Of a stretch of DNA of 62,000 nucleotides, positions 1-11,101 are shown piece after piece. How positions within the stretch are numbered: position 1 is the stretch's first letter; each line of letters starts with the position of its first letter. A model generated the notes under the pieces. It saw only the letters and a program-made list of their open reading frames with translations. It ran no database searches and was not told where the DNA came from. The DNA comes from Octopus vulgaris (Eukaryota). The stretch spans positions 27,982,001 to 28,044,000 of the forward strand of contig OX597818.1 of NCBI GenBank assembly GCA_951406725.2, written 5' to 3'. Made by a program: the position numbers and the translations under genes.

Positions 1-26
1 TATATGCATGTCTGAATATATCTTCC

Positions 27-168
<142 letters not shown>

Positions 169-769
169 ACTTTCCAAGGAGTTTCTATAAGTCAGAAAAG
201 AAGAGCATAATTGTATATTTTGTATTCCGTGTTACTAATTTTGTCTTATAATAGCCAGTTTGTGTTACTCAATAATTTCACAACAAAATTTCTACATTAA
301 AACGAATAATTTAATACTCATTACACATTAGACATGGAAAAGTATAGCTTGTGATCTTTCCAACTGAATATTTAAATAACAATATCTGTCAAAGTGTTAT
401 AGAGATGTTGGGAAAAAAAAAAATCAAAGCATGATGGAAATCACACAGTCAAAAAGCAAATTTAGCCTTCAGCCACATTAGAATTATATTCCTTGGACTG
501 ATCTTTTTAGGCATTGCCCCGTAGGCTAGCTTCAATTGTGTATGGAAGTGTGAAGTGGGGAGCAATGTTGTGATATAGAGTGTAGGGGAGAGGGAATGTG
601 GCATTATCTCCACATGAGCAACCTGCTCCTGTGTTTGGTTTGGATTGCTTTACTAAAATTTGCTTTTTGTTTGTGTACAACTTAAAGAAACCCTCAACGT
701 GTGTGTGTTGAAAATTTTTCTGTGCTTATGCATCTGTGGAAAATTTTCATTAATCTAATGAAGACATGA

Positions 770-1270
770 GTCAGGCTATCCTGATGCTATCCTTGAAACT
801 GTTAGTAATCAAGGCTTCGTTATAATATAGGACTGCCTTGTCAAAGATCTTACAGGAAATTGTGATGAAGATCCTTCTGCAAACACCCTTCATATGGTTT
901 TTGTTAACTATGGCTGGGTGGCAGGAAGTTGTGTTAATATAAGTCAGTTTTGTAGTTGCTTTCTGGAAGAGTTCAAGAGAATTTGTCCAGGTGTAATGTC
1001 ACACCTAGGAAATTAATTATTTTCAAATTTGTCTCTATAGTAATTTTGAGCTCAAGGGAATTAAGAGCAGGGAAAAGTCTTTCCTGAACCTATTGAAGTT
1101 GTGTCCATTTGCCCCTTTTCATAACACCAAAGCATCAGCCCTCTATAGACCAAAGGGGATTTTCTTGTGTGTCTAGAATCAATAAGCTCACATATGTTAT
1201 CACTGTCAGAGGCTCTCACCACCATATCGAATGAACCTTCTGAGTCAGTTTGCTTGACCTCTGCTCAACT
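770..1270 (-). mobile_element. Penelope-like retroelement RT fragment, decayed
   Basis: Reverse complement translates, with stops and frameshifts, to FDMVVRASDSDNICELI...GLYRG...LELKITIETNLKIINFLGVTL, matching Penelope RT motifs (FDVTMGSYDGAEICEL, GLYRDD, KITIETNLKIVNFLDVTL). Confidence 0.8.
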
Positions 1271-2049
1271 TTTATTGAAATAAAAGATTTTCCTGGCATG
1301 CATAATTTTACATTGGTCTAAGGCCTCACCTTGGTTCTACAAAAGAATCATGTATATACCATTATACAATATATGTTACATGTTCATTCATGGAAATAAC
1401 AAAAGAGACTGATTTTAAAATAACTGTGGGACTTTATTCTTTTGCATTAACTGAATCGGGGGGGGGGGTCCAGGATTTTTTTTTTGCGTTGCCCCAAAAG
1501 TTTCAAAAAAATACTATATAAGGGTAGAAATCGTAATTCGTAATGAATGGACACATTTTTATGCATTCTAACTTTGTTGTAGCAGACCATATGCATATGA
1601 AACAGTAATGCTGTGAATAAAATCATGATGTTATTATATTTGCAACAGTGCAGTGAGTGTTGATTTACCTAAGGAAAGTAGTGGCAAACTAGAAATGTAG
1701 TCTACGGAATAAGATGCGTAGAAGGTGCTTATAAAGACATGAACATGACATGTATAGGGAAGACATCTAGGAGCATTGTATAAAGACTAAATGAACATTT
1801 GAGACAATATGATGACAAAAAATAGTCCTCCATACTCCACCAACATGTCAAGGACCAACATAGAGGCAACCTAGATCAACTTGACAGCTGCATTTTATCC
1901 AAGCACCTGAAGGACCCAACACTCAGACAAATACAGGAGTACGTTCTCATAAATGAAACATCCCCTGTACTAAATAGGAAATATACGTAGTAGATAATCA
2001 TACCCCTATACCTACAGTTTATATTTATATACAGGTAGTTAGTGGGCTG

Positions 2050-2640
2050 TTATGTAGATGTATGTATGTGTGTGTGTGTATGCACATGTATGTAGGTAAA
2101 TGGATATGAAAGTAAACAGATAGACATACTGACGGATAGGTACATAGGTAATATGAACAGACAAGCACACATACACACACATACGCAAATGAAGACTGAA
2201 ATGCACGACCTTATACACACACACACACACTTCACTTCACACAAGGACACATATGGAGACACACGTTCACACATATGGAGATAGACATCCATACATAGAG
2301 ACACAGTACATAGTCACAAAAACCCAAGCAGACACACACATACACACTCAGACATGCACACACAAGGAGACAGAGGTACACACACACACACAGACAAAAC
2401 ACAAACGCCAAAACACACCCACCCAAACATATGAATATGTAGAATACATTCAAACGTACACACATACATGTATACATGTACACACATATACATACATGCA
2501 TACACACACTTACATGCATACATACATACATACATACATACATACATACATACGTACATACATACATACATACATACATACATACATACACACATACATA
2601 TACATAAATGTGTAATGGTGTCTGTCTGTGTGTGTGTGTT
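2050..2640. repeat. Complex (CA)n/(TACA)n microsatellite
   Basis: Direct reading; source of the H/T/Y and C/V/M-rich ORFs at 2039-2683. Confidence 0.95.
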
Positions 2641-2819
2641 TGGGGTTACTCTAACTCCTCCCACACCGTCCAACCGATTTTAATGATCTTGGCACATAGG
2701 TAGATCACCCTAACCTCTTCTACTCCAACCCACCTCTAAAATGGGGTAGCCATATATTTCCTCTATAGAAAGACACCAGTGCTTGTTTCTCTATTATATT
2801 TTAGCCTTTTAATACCTGA

Positions 2820-3001
2820 AGCACCCACTACACTCTCGGAGTAGTTGGCGTTAGGAAGGGCATCCAGCTGTAGAAACTCTGCCAGATCAAGATTGGAGCC
2901 TGGTGCAGCCATCTGGTTCGCCAGTCCTCAGTCAAAATCATCCAACCCATGCTAGCATGGAAAGTGGACGTTAAACAATGATGATGATGATGATGGTGAT
3001 G
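2820..3001 (+). mobile_element. 5'-truncated RTE-LINE 3' tail (SINE-like copy)
   Basis: GTTGGCGTTAGGAAGGGCATCCAGCTGTAGAAAC...CCAACCCATGCTAGCATGGAAAGTGGACGTTAAA+(GAT)n, the same tail that ends the RT-bearing copies at 13.6, 17.2, 22.2, 26.3 and 59.9 kb. Confidence 0.9.
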
Positions 3002-3448
3002 AAATCAAGCTACACCTCAAATACTCTCTACTTAGTAGCGAGAGATTTTACTTTTTCATTTTTTCCATGTTCTTTTTCTGTCTTGCAAGTTAACCAGCTA
3101 ACTCAATAGTGTCAGTGACATGATTAAAAAAAAAAAGACATACAGTATACTCTGAAAAGTAGCTGGTGTTGGGAATGACATCCAACTGCAGAAACTATGC
3201 AAGAGCTGAATTCGGAGCTTGCCAGATCCAACCAAACCATCTATCTCATGTTTGGCATGAAAAGTGAACATTAACTAATGATGGTGAAACAAAAACGTTA
3301 CATGAACAAAAAATTAGCATATTTTCCAAATATAATTTGGAAATATGATTGTAGAATCTATTTTTATCCTAGAAATAGTTTGTTTTAGATATTATGCACC
3401 ACACACACAAGCAATAAATATATTCATTTTTCATTTTCTTTTATGAAG

Positions 3449-3490
3449 ATGTGGATGGCGGTTATGCTACTATTTTGTCTGAACCAAGCA
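3449..3490 (+). CDS. 42-nt phase1-1 micro-exon B0 of the tyrosine-motif array: (x)VDGGYATILSEPS
   Basis: Acceptor ttttcattttcttttatgaAG, donor GTAAGT, length a multiple of 3. Tyr is at the same codon position as in the other array exons, and the upstream intron (CAATAAATAT...TGAAG) resembles that of the A exons. Confidence 0.65.
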
Positions 3491-3561
3491 GTAAGTATAA
3501 TAAATACAATTAATAAATAGCATTATATTTCATATCATTTTCAAAATTATATATACACACA

Positions 3562-4090
3562 TTAGCTGAAATACCCAACATTGCCTGACTCAGAAAATTA
3601 ACAGTAACATTGCAAAGCTCTTTATATAACTTTTTGTAAATATTTTCAAAGAAAAAAAATCACTCAAGGAAATTTCAGACTAAGAACACTTTGTAGACCT
3701 TTTAATTTTTATTTTTTTAAGGCTATAGTTTGATTTCTATATTCCAAACATACGCAAATTCAATTCTATAAAAATTTGTACACAAATTAAAATTTTTTTA
3801 ATCCCTTTTCTATTTCAGTTTAAACTAACCCTTACCCTAACTAAAAATTGTAATCCTAAATGCTAACACGAAACCCTAACGCTAAATTCTAAACCTCAGC
3901 TCTTACCTTAAAACTAATCCTAATTTTATCCCTAAAATATAAACTACAATACTAACCCTAATATTAAATCCTAAACCCAATCCCCAACGCTAGCCTTAAT
4001 TTTTGTATGGAATCATGATCTCCTATGTTTGAAACATATACTTCTAAAAAAAATTATGTTAAAAACTGCCATTCAAACCGAAAAGATCCT
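3562..4090 (-). mobile_element. Non-autonomous Helitron-like element (3' end at 3562)
   Basis: Reverse complement ends CAGGCAATGTTGGGTATTTCAGCTAA|T, near-identical to the hairpin+CTAG|T ends at 20773-20800 and 51089-51116. The other boundary is approximate. Confidence 0.6.
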
Positions 4091-4095
4091 AGGTT

Positions 4096-4245
4096 TCTTT
4101 CTATTTCCACCTACCAATACCTCAACAAGGATTTGGCCAGCCTGGGGCTATAGTAGAAGACATTTGCTCAAGCTGCCAAGTAGTAAAACTGAATCCAGAA
4201 CTTGATTTGTTAAGCAAACTCTAACTACACAGCCATGGCTGTACC
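4096..4245 (-). mobile_element. tRNA-derived SINE, decayed
   Basis: Reverse complement similar to the SINE copies at 24178, 45845 and 52645. Confidence 0.75.
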
Positions 4246-4248
4246 CAT

Positions 4249-4285
<37 letters not shown>

Positions 4286-4372
4286 AGAGTTTATGAAAAA
4301 AACAAAAGTCGAAGACAGGTGGTGTACAAAACAAACAGATGTATTAGTATAATGCTCAGGAATAGAAAAAGT

Positions 4373-4408
4373 CTTTTATGTTTCGAGCCTACGCTCTTCT
4401 ACAGAAAG
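4373..4408 (-). ncRNA. Variant minimal type I hammerhead ribozyme-like motif
   Basis: Reverse complement: CTTT CTGTAGA A GAGC GTAG GCTC GAAA C ATA AAAG. Stems I and II are intact, but the core reads CUGU instead of CUGA and stem III has a C-A mismatch. Confidence 0.5.
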
Positions 4409-4476
4409 GGACACAGAAAAAACAAGGAGAGAAAAAAATGTGTGTAGTGGCTAACGATCTATCATGGCGACTAATA

Positions 4477-4526
<50 letters not shown>

Positions 4527-6257
4527 TATTAGGGAATAAATTATTATTCCAACCTTACAGGTAAAATTCAGTATAATAATATTATACCAAAATTCGTAAT
4601 AAATAATATATAATATATGTATATAACTAATTTAGAGATGAGCCACCATTTCACAACTCAGTCAGTAAAGGACCCATCCAAAACCATGCTGTGAGACATA
4701 TACTATAGAAAATCGAATATCATACATAGAAAACATTCATCATAAAAATATTAATCTAAAATCAATAAAGTATAAATTAAACAAAAAATTAATCTAAAAT
4801 ATAATGCATAAAAGTAAGTATTAATATATTGACTACGCACGTTTCATGCTGACTTAGGACTATAGAAAATCATATAAGAAACCTTATCCAAGTTCATTAG
4901 AACGGAAAAATGATATTACTCCCAAAATCAGTCACTCCTCAGGTCAAATTCCTAAAAAAACCTAAAACTAAAACTTTAACTTACCTCATGATATGATAAT
5001 GAATAAAAAATAATAAGATAATAAAATAATAAGAAAATAATAAGGAATAAAAAATATATATATATAAAGAAACAAAAACTATATGTAATCTCTAAGTTAA
5101 AGACATTAGTATTATTAAAAATTCCAATTGAGTATTATTGGGAACATGAGTAATTCATTATGGAGAATGTAAATAAATGTAAATACATGTTAGTGTATAA
5201 AGTTAATAAAAGAAATGTCGATATTGTTTAGAATAAATTTAAAATTAAAAAACATGACTTATCTGCCGGCAAATTACTGTAGATTAAAACTATTTTAATC
5301 TACAGAAATTCGCCAGCAGATAAGTCTTTGAAAAAATGAGTTGAGATGGCTTTTGCGGGGATAGTTTTTATTTTAATGATAATGTTTACAGTTACTCTAA
5401 TGAGTTTCTAGCTTTTCGATATCCATTTTCAAACTGAAATTCTGTGGTTTAGAAGGTTGCTTGTATAGAAAAAGGCTTTTATTTTTCTTACAAGTATACA
5501 AATAAAAAATAAAATTGCAGATAGAAAATAAAAAATAAGAAATATAAAAATCAACATAAAAAATAATAAAAGAATACACAATATAAATACATGTGTGAAA
5601 AAGAAGAAAGAAGAAAAGAAAAAAGAAAAAGGAAAAAGAAAAAGGTGGAGAAAGGGAAGCAAGAGGAAAGAGGAAAGTAAAGAGTAGTGTGTGTGTGTGT
5701 ATGTGTGCATGTGTACATGTATACACACATACGCATGTGCAAGCGCACATGCACACGTACACTAAGTAAAGCACAGTTATTCGCCACACACCCAAACTCT
5801 ACGCATACACACACATACACACACACATACTACAAACAAAACACACACACGATACATATACATACACGCACACACACACACATACTTCAAACTTGCAGTA
5901 CCTACTAGAGACAAAAGGAGCCACTCCCAATTCCTTCTTCCTTGACCTTAAACATTACTAGCCCTACAACACGCAAAGATTAACAGCCACAACCACACAC
6001 ATATACACACACGCACACACACACACACATGTTATCATTGCACTCATACACACATACACACACACGCACACGCAGACCTCCGCAAACGCACATATCCACA
6101 CTTACACACACATTCCTCCTCCTCTACCACTCTCCTGTCTTTGAAAGAACTTTTCTTCACCCATTTCCTTCCGGTCATTCAAAATGTGACCGCGTGTGTA
6201 CCACTGGCGATTTTTTTTCCCTCTGTCTTCCCTTCTCTGGATCTTTCCTTCTCCTAT

Positions 6258-6292
6258 GTTTCTGACGAAGAGCTCCGCTCGAAACGTTAAAC
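6258..6292 (+). ncRNA. Minimal type I hammerhead ribozyme (Penelope-type, loopless stem III)
   Basis: GTTT-CTGACGA-A-GAGC TCC GCTC-GAAA-C-GTT-AAAC: stem I GTTT/AAAC, CUGANGA core, 4-bp stem II, GAAA, palindromic ACGU stem III, GUU cleavage triplet. Confidence 0.7.
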
Positions 6293-6409
6293 CCTCCTTC
6301 TTTCCTGAGCGTCCAATAATACTATATTTGTTCCACGTCCTCGCGTTGTGTTTTTTTGTGCTTTCTTGTTTGGATTAACTTCATATAAGTACTTATATAT
6401 ATATACAAG

Positions 6410-6750
6410 TGTGTGCATATGTGTGTGTGTATATATGTATGTATGCATGTATGTGTATATGTATATGTATGTATATGTGTATATGTATGTATATACATAT
6501 GTCTGTGTATGTATGCGTGTATATGTGTGGTTGTGTGTGTGTAGATATTTGTATACATATGTGCATGTATGTATGTGTATGTTTATATGTATGTATATAT
6601 ATATATATATGTGTATATATATGTGTGTATATATATATGTGTGTGTGTGTGCACATATACATAGATACACATGGAGACGTGTATGCATGTGTGTGTGTGT
6701 GGATGTATGTATACATGCATGTGTGGATGTATGTGTGTGTGTATATGATT
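6410..6750. repeat. Complex (TG)n/(TATG)n microsatellite
   Basis: Direct reading. Confidence 0.95.
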
Positions 6751-7049
6751 GAGTAGGGGCACAGTGTACCAGCTGTGAGTGATGAATAAAATGACCTCAA
6801 ATCAAAAGATCATCAAAGGTCATCTTTTGACAAGAACTCAACATTTTTGACCACTCATAAAATATTCCATTTCTTTATTCCTGATAAAGTAATCTCTTCT
6901 CCCTACTATATTCTTCTTTTTGTCTTCCTCCTCTTACCCTTTACCTTCCTCCTTCCTTCCTCTTGTTTTTCTTCATGTTCTTTCTTTCCCCCTTTTTTCC
7001 CCCTTTTTCTTTTTTTCTTTTTTCACACATGCTCTTGTATTTACATTTT

Positions 7050-9550
7050 GTATTCAACTCAGTAAATTTTCTTGATGTTAACTTTAACTTACTCACAGGT
7101 ATCCATGCACCATATCATAAACCCAATTCTAAATTGACATATATAAATATAGAAAGTAATCATTCAAAAATAATCACAAATTACTTAGTTAAGAATATCT
7201 AACATAGAATTTACTATCTGTCATCCAATCAAGAGAGTTTTAATATAAATAAGGACCATTATGACATAGCATAGCATTAGCAGGATATAAACAAAAAATT
7301 CAATTTGACCCACATAAATATAACCTACACATAAAGAGTAACAAGCAGATAAATGAAAATTTGATAGTAATATATAAAAATGACCTAAAAAACTAACATT
7401 AACAAGAATAAAGGTAAACATAAAAACTATTGCAATTATAATGGTATTAAAAATTCGAATTTCAACCAACAGGAAACCAACTACCAACAAAACAATCTAA
7501 AAACTAAAATATCCTTAAAATGTAAGAAAAATACTCCATATATTAAACATACACATGGAAACAACAAGGAATACATGAGTAAGAACGATAATAATATCTG
7601 GCTAATATTACCTTATGGGAAGCAGATAAAGATTAGCCTCATCCACATAATTCATTCGATCATTAATAAACATTTCAATTCTAATAAATATAGTACTATA
7701 ATTAATAATAAAATAATACGGATTGGATTTTCAATAACTAAAACGATAATAATAATATCTGGCTAATATTACCTCATGGGAAGCAGATACAGATTAGCCT
7801 CATCTGCATAATTCATTCAATCACTAATAAACATTTCAATTCTTATAAATATAGTACTATAATTAATAATAAAATAATATGGATTGGATTTTCAATAACT
7901 AAAAACCTATTTAGACATATATCATCTTTTAATAATGTAAAACTTGATGCATATTACGCAAATAGAAATAACCCCACCTCCAAATACCAACACAAATTAT
8001 ATTCAAACATAAATGGCAAACATGTTATGTCTAGACAACACATAAACAATAATACAAACACAAATAACACATCTAATAACCATTTAAGTGATTTCTGAAA
8101 TTGTAGGGTTAAAGAAAATTGTAAATTTAAGAATTACTGTAAACATACAAACCTAGTATACCAAGCAACTGTTGAAGCAGAAGGCAAATATTTCTATTAT
8201 GTTGGAGCAACCTTGTGTTATGTGAAATCTAGAATTGCAAACCATCAAATCTCCTTTAGAAATCTCAGTAAATGAAATAGCACTGGCCTAAGTAAATTTA
8301 TCTGGAAAATAAAATATAGCAATATAACTTATAAAATTAAATGGAAAATTCTAAGCAATGCTCGTGTGTATGAACTACTAGCCAAAAACCTGCTCACTTT
8401 GCCTAGATGAGACACACAATATTTTATTTTTGTAGCATAAACATTTAAATGGTAGATCAGAGAAAATTTTCCAATGTTTACATGCACACGAATATATTAT
8501 TTCTAAATATAAATAATTCCCCACTTCTGTTCTGGCAAATAATAATATATAATACATACCTTAATCACCTTAATCACATACTTTTTATATAAACCCTGCC
8601 ATTTTTATATAATTCCTGCCTTTTAGTGTTTCAATTGCACTATAAGTATTACCTATATACTCTAAAAATATCAATTACCATATTGTAACCCACTCTTAAT
8701 ACCTTTTCTTATTAGTGATATAACCCATATTCTTATTCCCTTAATAATATTTAACTCTTTAAGATTTATTTTATTATTTTTAATAGTCAATTTTTAATCT
8801 ATAATTTTCAAATACCAGTTCGTTTTTTTAAAAATTAATGCCAAATTGAAACCATTTTATATCAACTTAATACAACCTTTCTAAATACCCCATGCAATGT
8901 AAATTTGCACAACAGGCATTTTCCACACTAAACATCTCCTTACATACTTGATTATGCATTCATACATGTACCTAAATATTTTAAGTTCACCCACATAAGT
9001 ACATATAATTGCATAAAATGTATGTATATATACATCCACATCATCCACATACTTTATACACATATTTTTCTGCATGCTCCACTTAATTACTAAGTATATA
9101 TGCATTCTATATAATATATATACTAACACTAACATTAATCACCTATTCAAAGTCTTTTCTCTTACAAACACCACACCCTACTATCAAATACATCTTCATA
9201 GTCTTGATCATACAATTATACCCTAATATCAATCATATCTCGACTCTACTTGACAGAAACATTCCTCTTTGGTAAAACCTTCATCAACTTTTCATGTTTC
9301 ACTTGAAAAGGAAAGTGAAGGAGGAGAGAGAGGTGCAGTCCTTGAGTGAATTTATGAAAAGGTGGGTGAAAGTTGTGAAAATGGCAAGAGTGAATGGTAC
9401 CAATCTCAGTGTAGACCTGTGAGTCGGAGACAGAAGTTGGAGAGGGCTCTCATCCTTGGTATTCAGAGCGATGATGGGGTTCATTGATTATCCCTAGAGG
9501 TCCTCATGTATCAGAGGGATACAACATTTAATCTGGTAGTCTCAGACAAC
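7050..9550 (+). mobile_element. Penelope-like element: RT C-terminus, GIY-YIG endonuclease and 3' region, decayed
   Basis: VNFLDVNFNLLTGIHAPYHKPNSKLTYINIESNH (RT end); CRVKENC...LVYQATVEAEGKYFYYVGAT...RIANH...STGLSKFIWKIK...IKWKIL...CLDE (GIY-YIG). The 3' boundary is approximate. Confidence 0.85.
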
Positions 9551-9612
9551 CCAATATATTTTAGATATTATTTATAGCCATATATTATATTTATTATTTT
9601 AATTTCTTAAAG

Positions 9613-9654
9613 ACATGGACGATACTTATGTTAACTTTTCCAAGAAACCTGATA
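9613..9654 (+). CDS. 42-nt phase1-1 micro-exon B1: (N/D)MDDTYVNFSKKPD
   Basis: Acceptor ttttaatttcttaaAG, donor GTAAGC; homologous to the exons at 15608 and 22652, with synonymous changes among copies. Confidence 0.8.
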
Positions 9655-10657
9655 GTAAGCATATAAGCATGTCTTTAATAAAAATACATTCATTAAAACA
9701 CAAGTGCATCTTTTTATTTTATTTTAGTTGTCACCATACTGGGGACTACCATTAGTGTTAATACTTCTTTGTTTTGAACTCATTTTCCAGCCCTGTCTCT
9801 GGAATAAGTTCTGTTGAAGTTAGCAAAGTTTCTTGCTTAGTGTAAAATATAGTTTTTTAAGAACATGTGTATGCATGTACTTAAAAACAACACTGAAATT
9901 TCTACCCATAATTTACACCTTTATTGATCCTTATTAATAAATCCAGCCCATAAACATTTCTTGTAAGCGTTAGTTATACAAATAAATCAAACAATGATAT
10001 ATTTCACATTAAATTCACTAGATGTTTACTCAGGCAAGAGATATAAAGTAAAGGAAGAGATTTTCAATGGTGAATATGTCACATTATGATCAGTTGTTTT
10101 GTTGATAATTAACCATAATGAGTCCTGTTTTTGAATATCTCTAGCTTGAAAGGGATTATGAAAAATATCTTATTTCTCCAGCCATATTTAGGAATGACTT
10201 TTAATGGTAACGTGGCAGAAATAGTAGAATCAATATTCTGAGTTCAAAAGCCACAGAAGTAAATTTTATTCTGTGAACCACCCTATATGTAGTAACTTAC
10301 ATATCATTTCTCTAATAAAATTGGCATTTTGATTATGGAATAAAATTTTGAAGGCCAATTTACTGAAGAACTTTCTCTCCAAGCACACATTTCGAAATGT
10401 CATTTTACCAAAATTACTCTTTGTTTCCTTTTGTTCATACAAAATGAATTTATTAAGCAATTCTTTTCTTTTTTCCAATACATCAGTTAGAGGATGAAGA
10501 ACTTATACTATACATTCAGCTTGGTTGTATATATATATATATATGAAATGTACAATATGTTTTCCAATATTTTTAGTTACTTTCTGTGCAATATCCATAT
10601 ATTTAAATCATCCTCTCCAAACAATAAATATGCCCATTTTTATATAATTTTTTGAAG

Positions 10658-10717
10658 CTGTGGAAGATCAATATGCTGAAATTAGTGATCCCAAATATTT
10701 ATGTATGAGACTCCCAG
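10658..10717 (+). CDS. 60-nt phase1-1 micro-exon A1: (x)VEDQYAEISDPKYLCMRLP
   Basis: Acceptor taattttttgaAG, donor CAG|GTAAGT; homologous to 15304, 22353 and 26439. Confidence 0.8.
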
Positions 10718-11056
10718 GTAAGTATAATCAATATTGATAGTACATAGCATGATCTTAGAAGAACAAAAAACAGAAAGGTAACAATCATGAAATATGTCAC
10801 CCTCGAACTTTTGTCTGTTAATGTATGTGTACATGCATGTATGTGTGTGTGTGAGAATGTTTGAGCCTGTCTCAGTAGTATTTACTATGTCTGTGTCAGC
10901 GCAATACTAACATAATTTAGGTATTATTTCTAGCCATGCTATTTATTCTTTGTTCAATTTCAATTCACTTACAATTTTCTATTGTCTCTTCCAAAAATGT
11001 TTGTTGCTTTTGCAACCTTGTCAATGGGTACAAAAACAAAGAATATATACTTATGA

Positions 11057-11100
<44 letters not shown>

Positions 11101-11101
11101 G

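Noticed and set aside
245-330. Possible phase-1 exon (x)SLCYSIISQQ... after ttgtcttataatAG
   Set aside because: No usable donor before the stop codon and no paralogous support.
1582-1612. Acceptor ctaactttgttgtAG followed by RPYAYETV
   Set aside because: Phase does not fit the array, the donor is weak, and it is single-copy.
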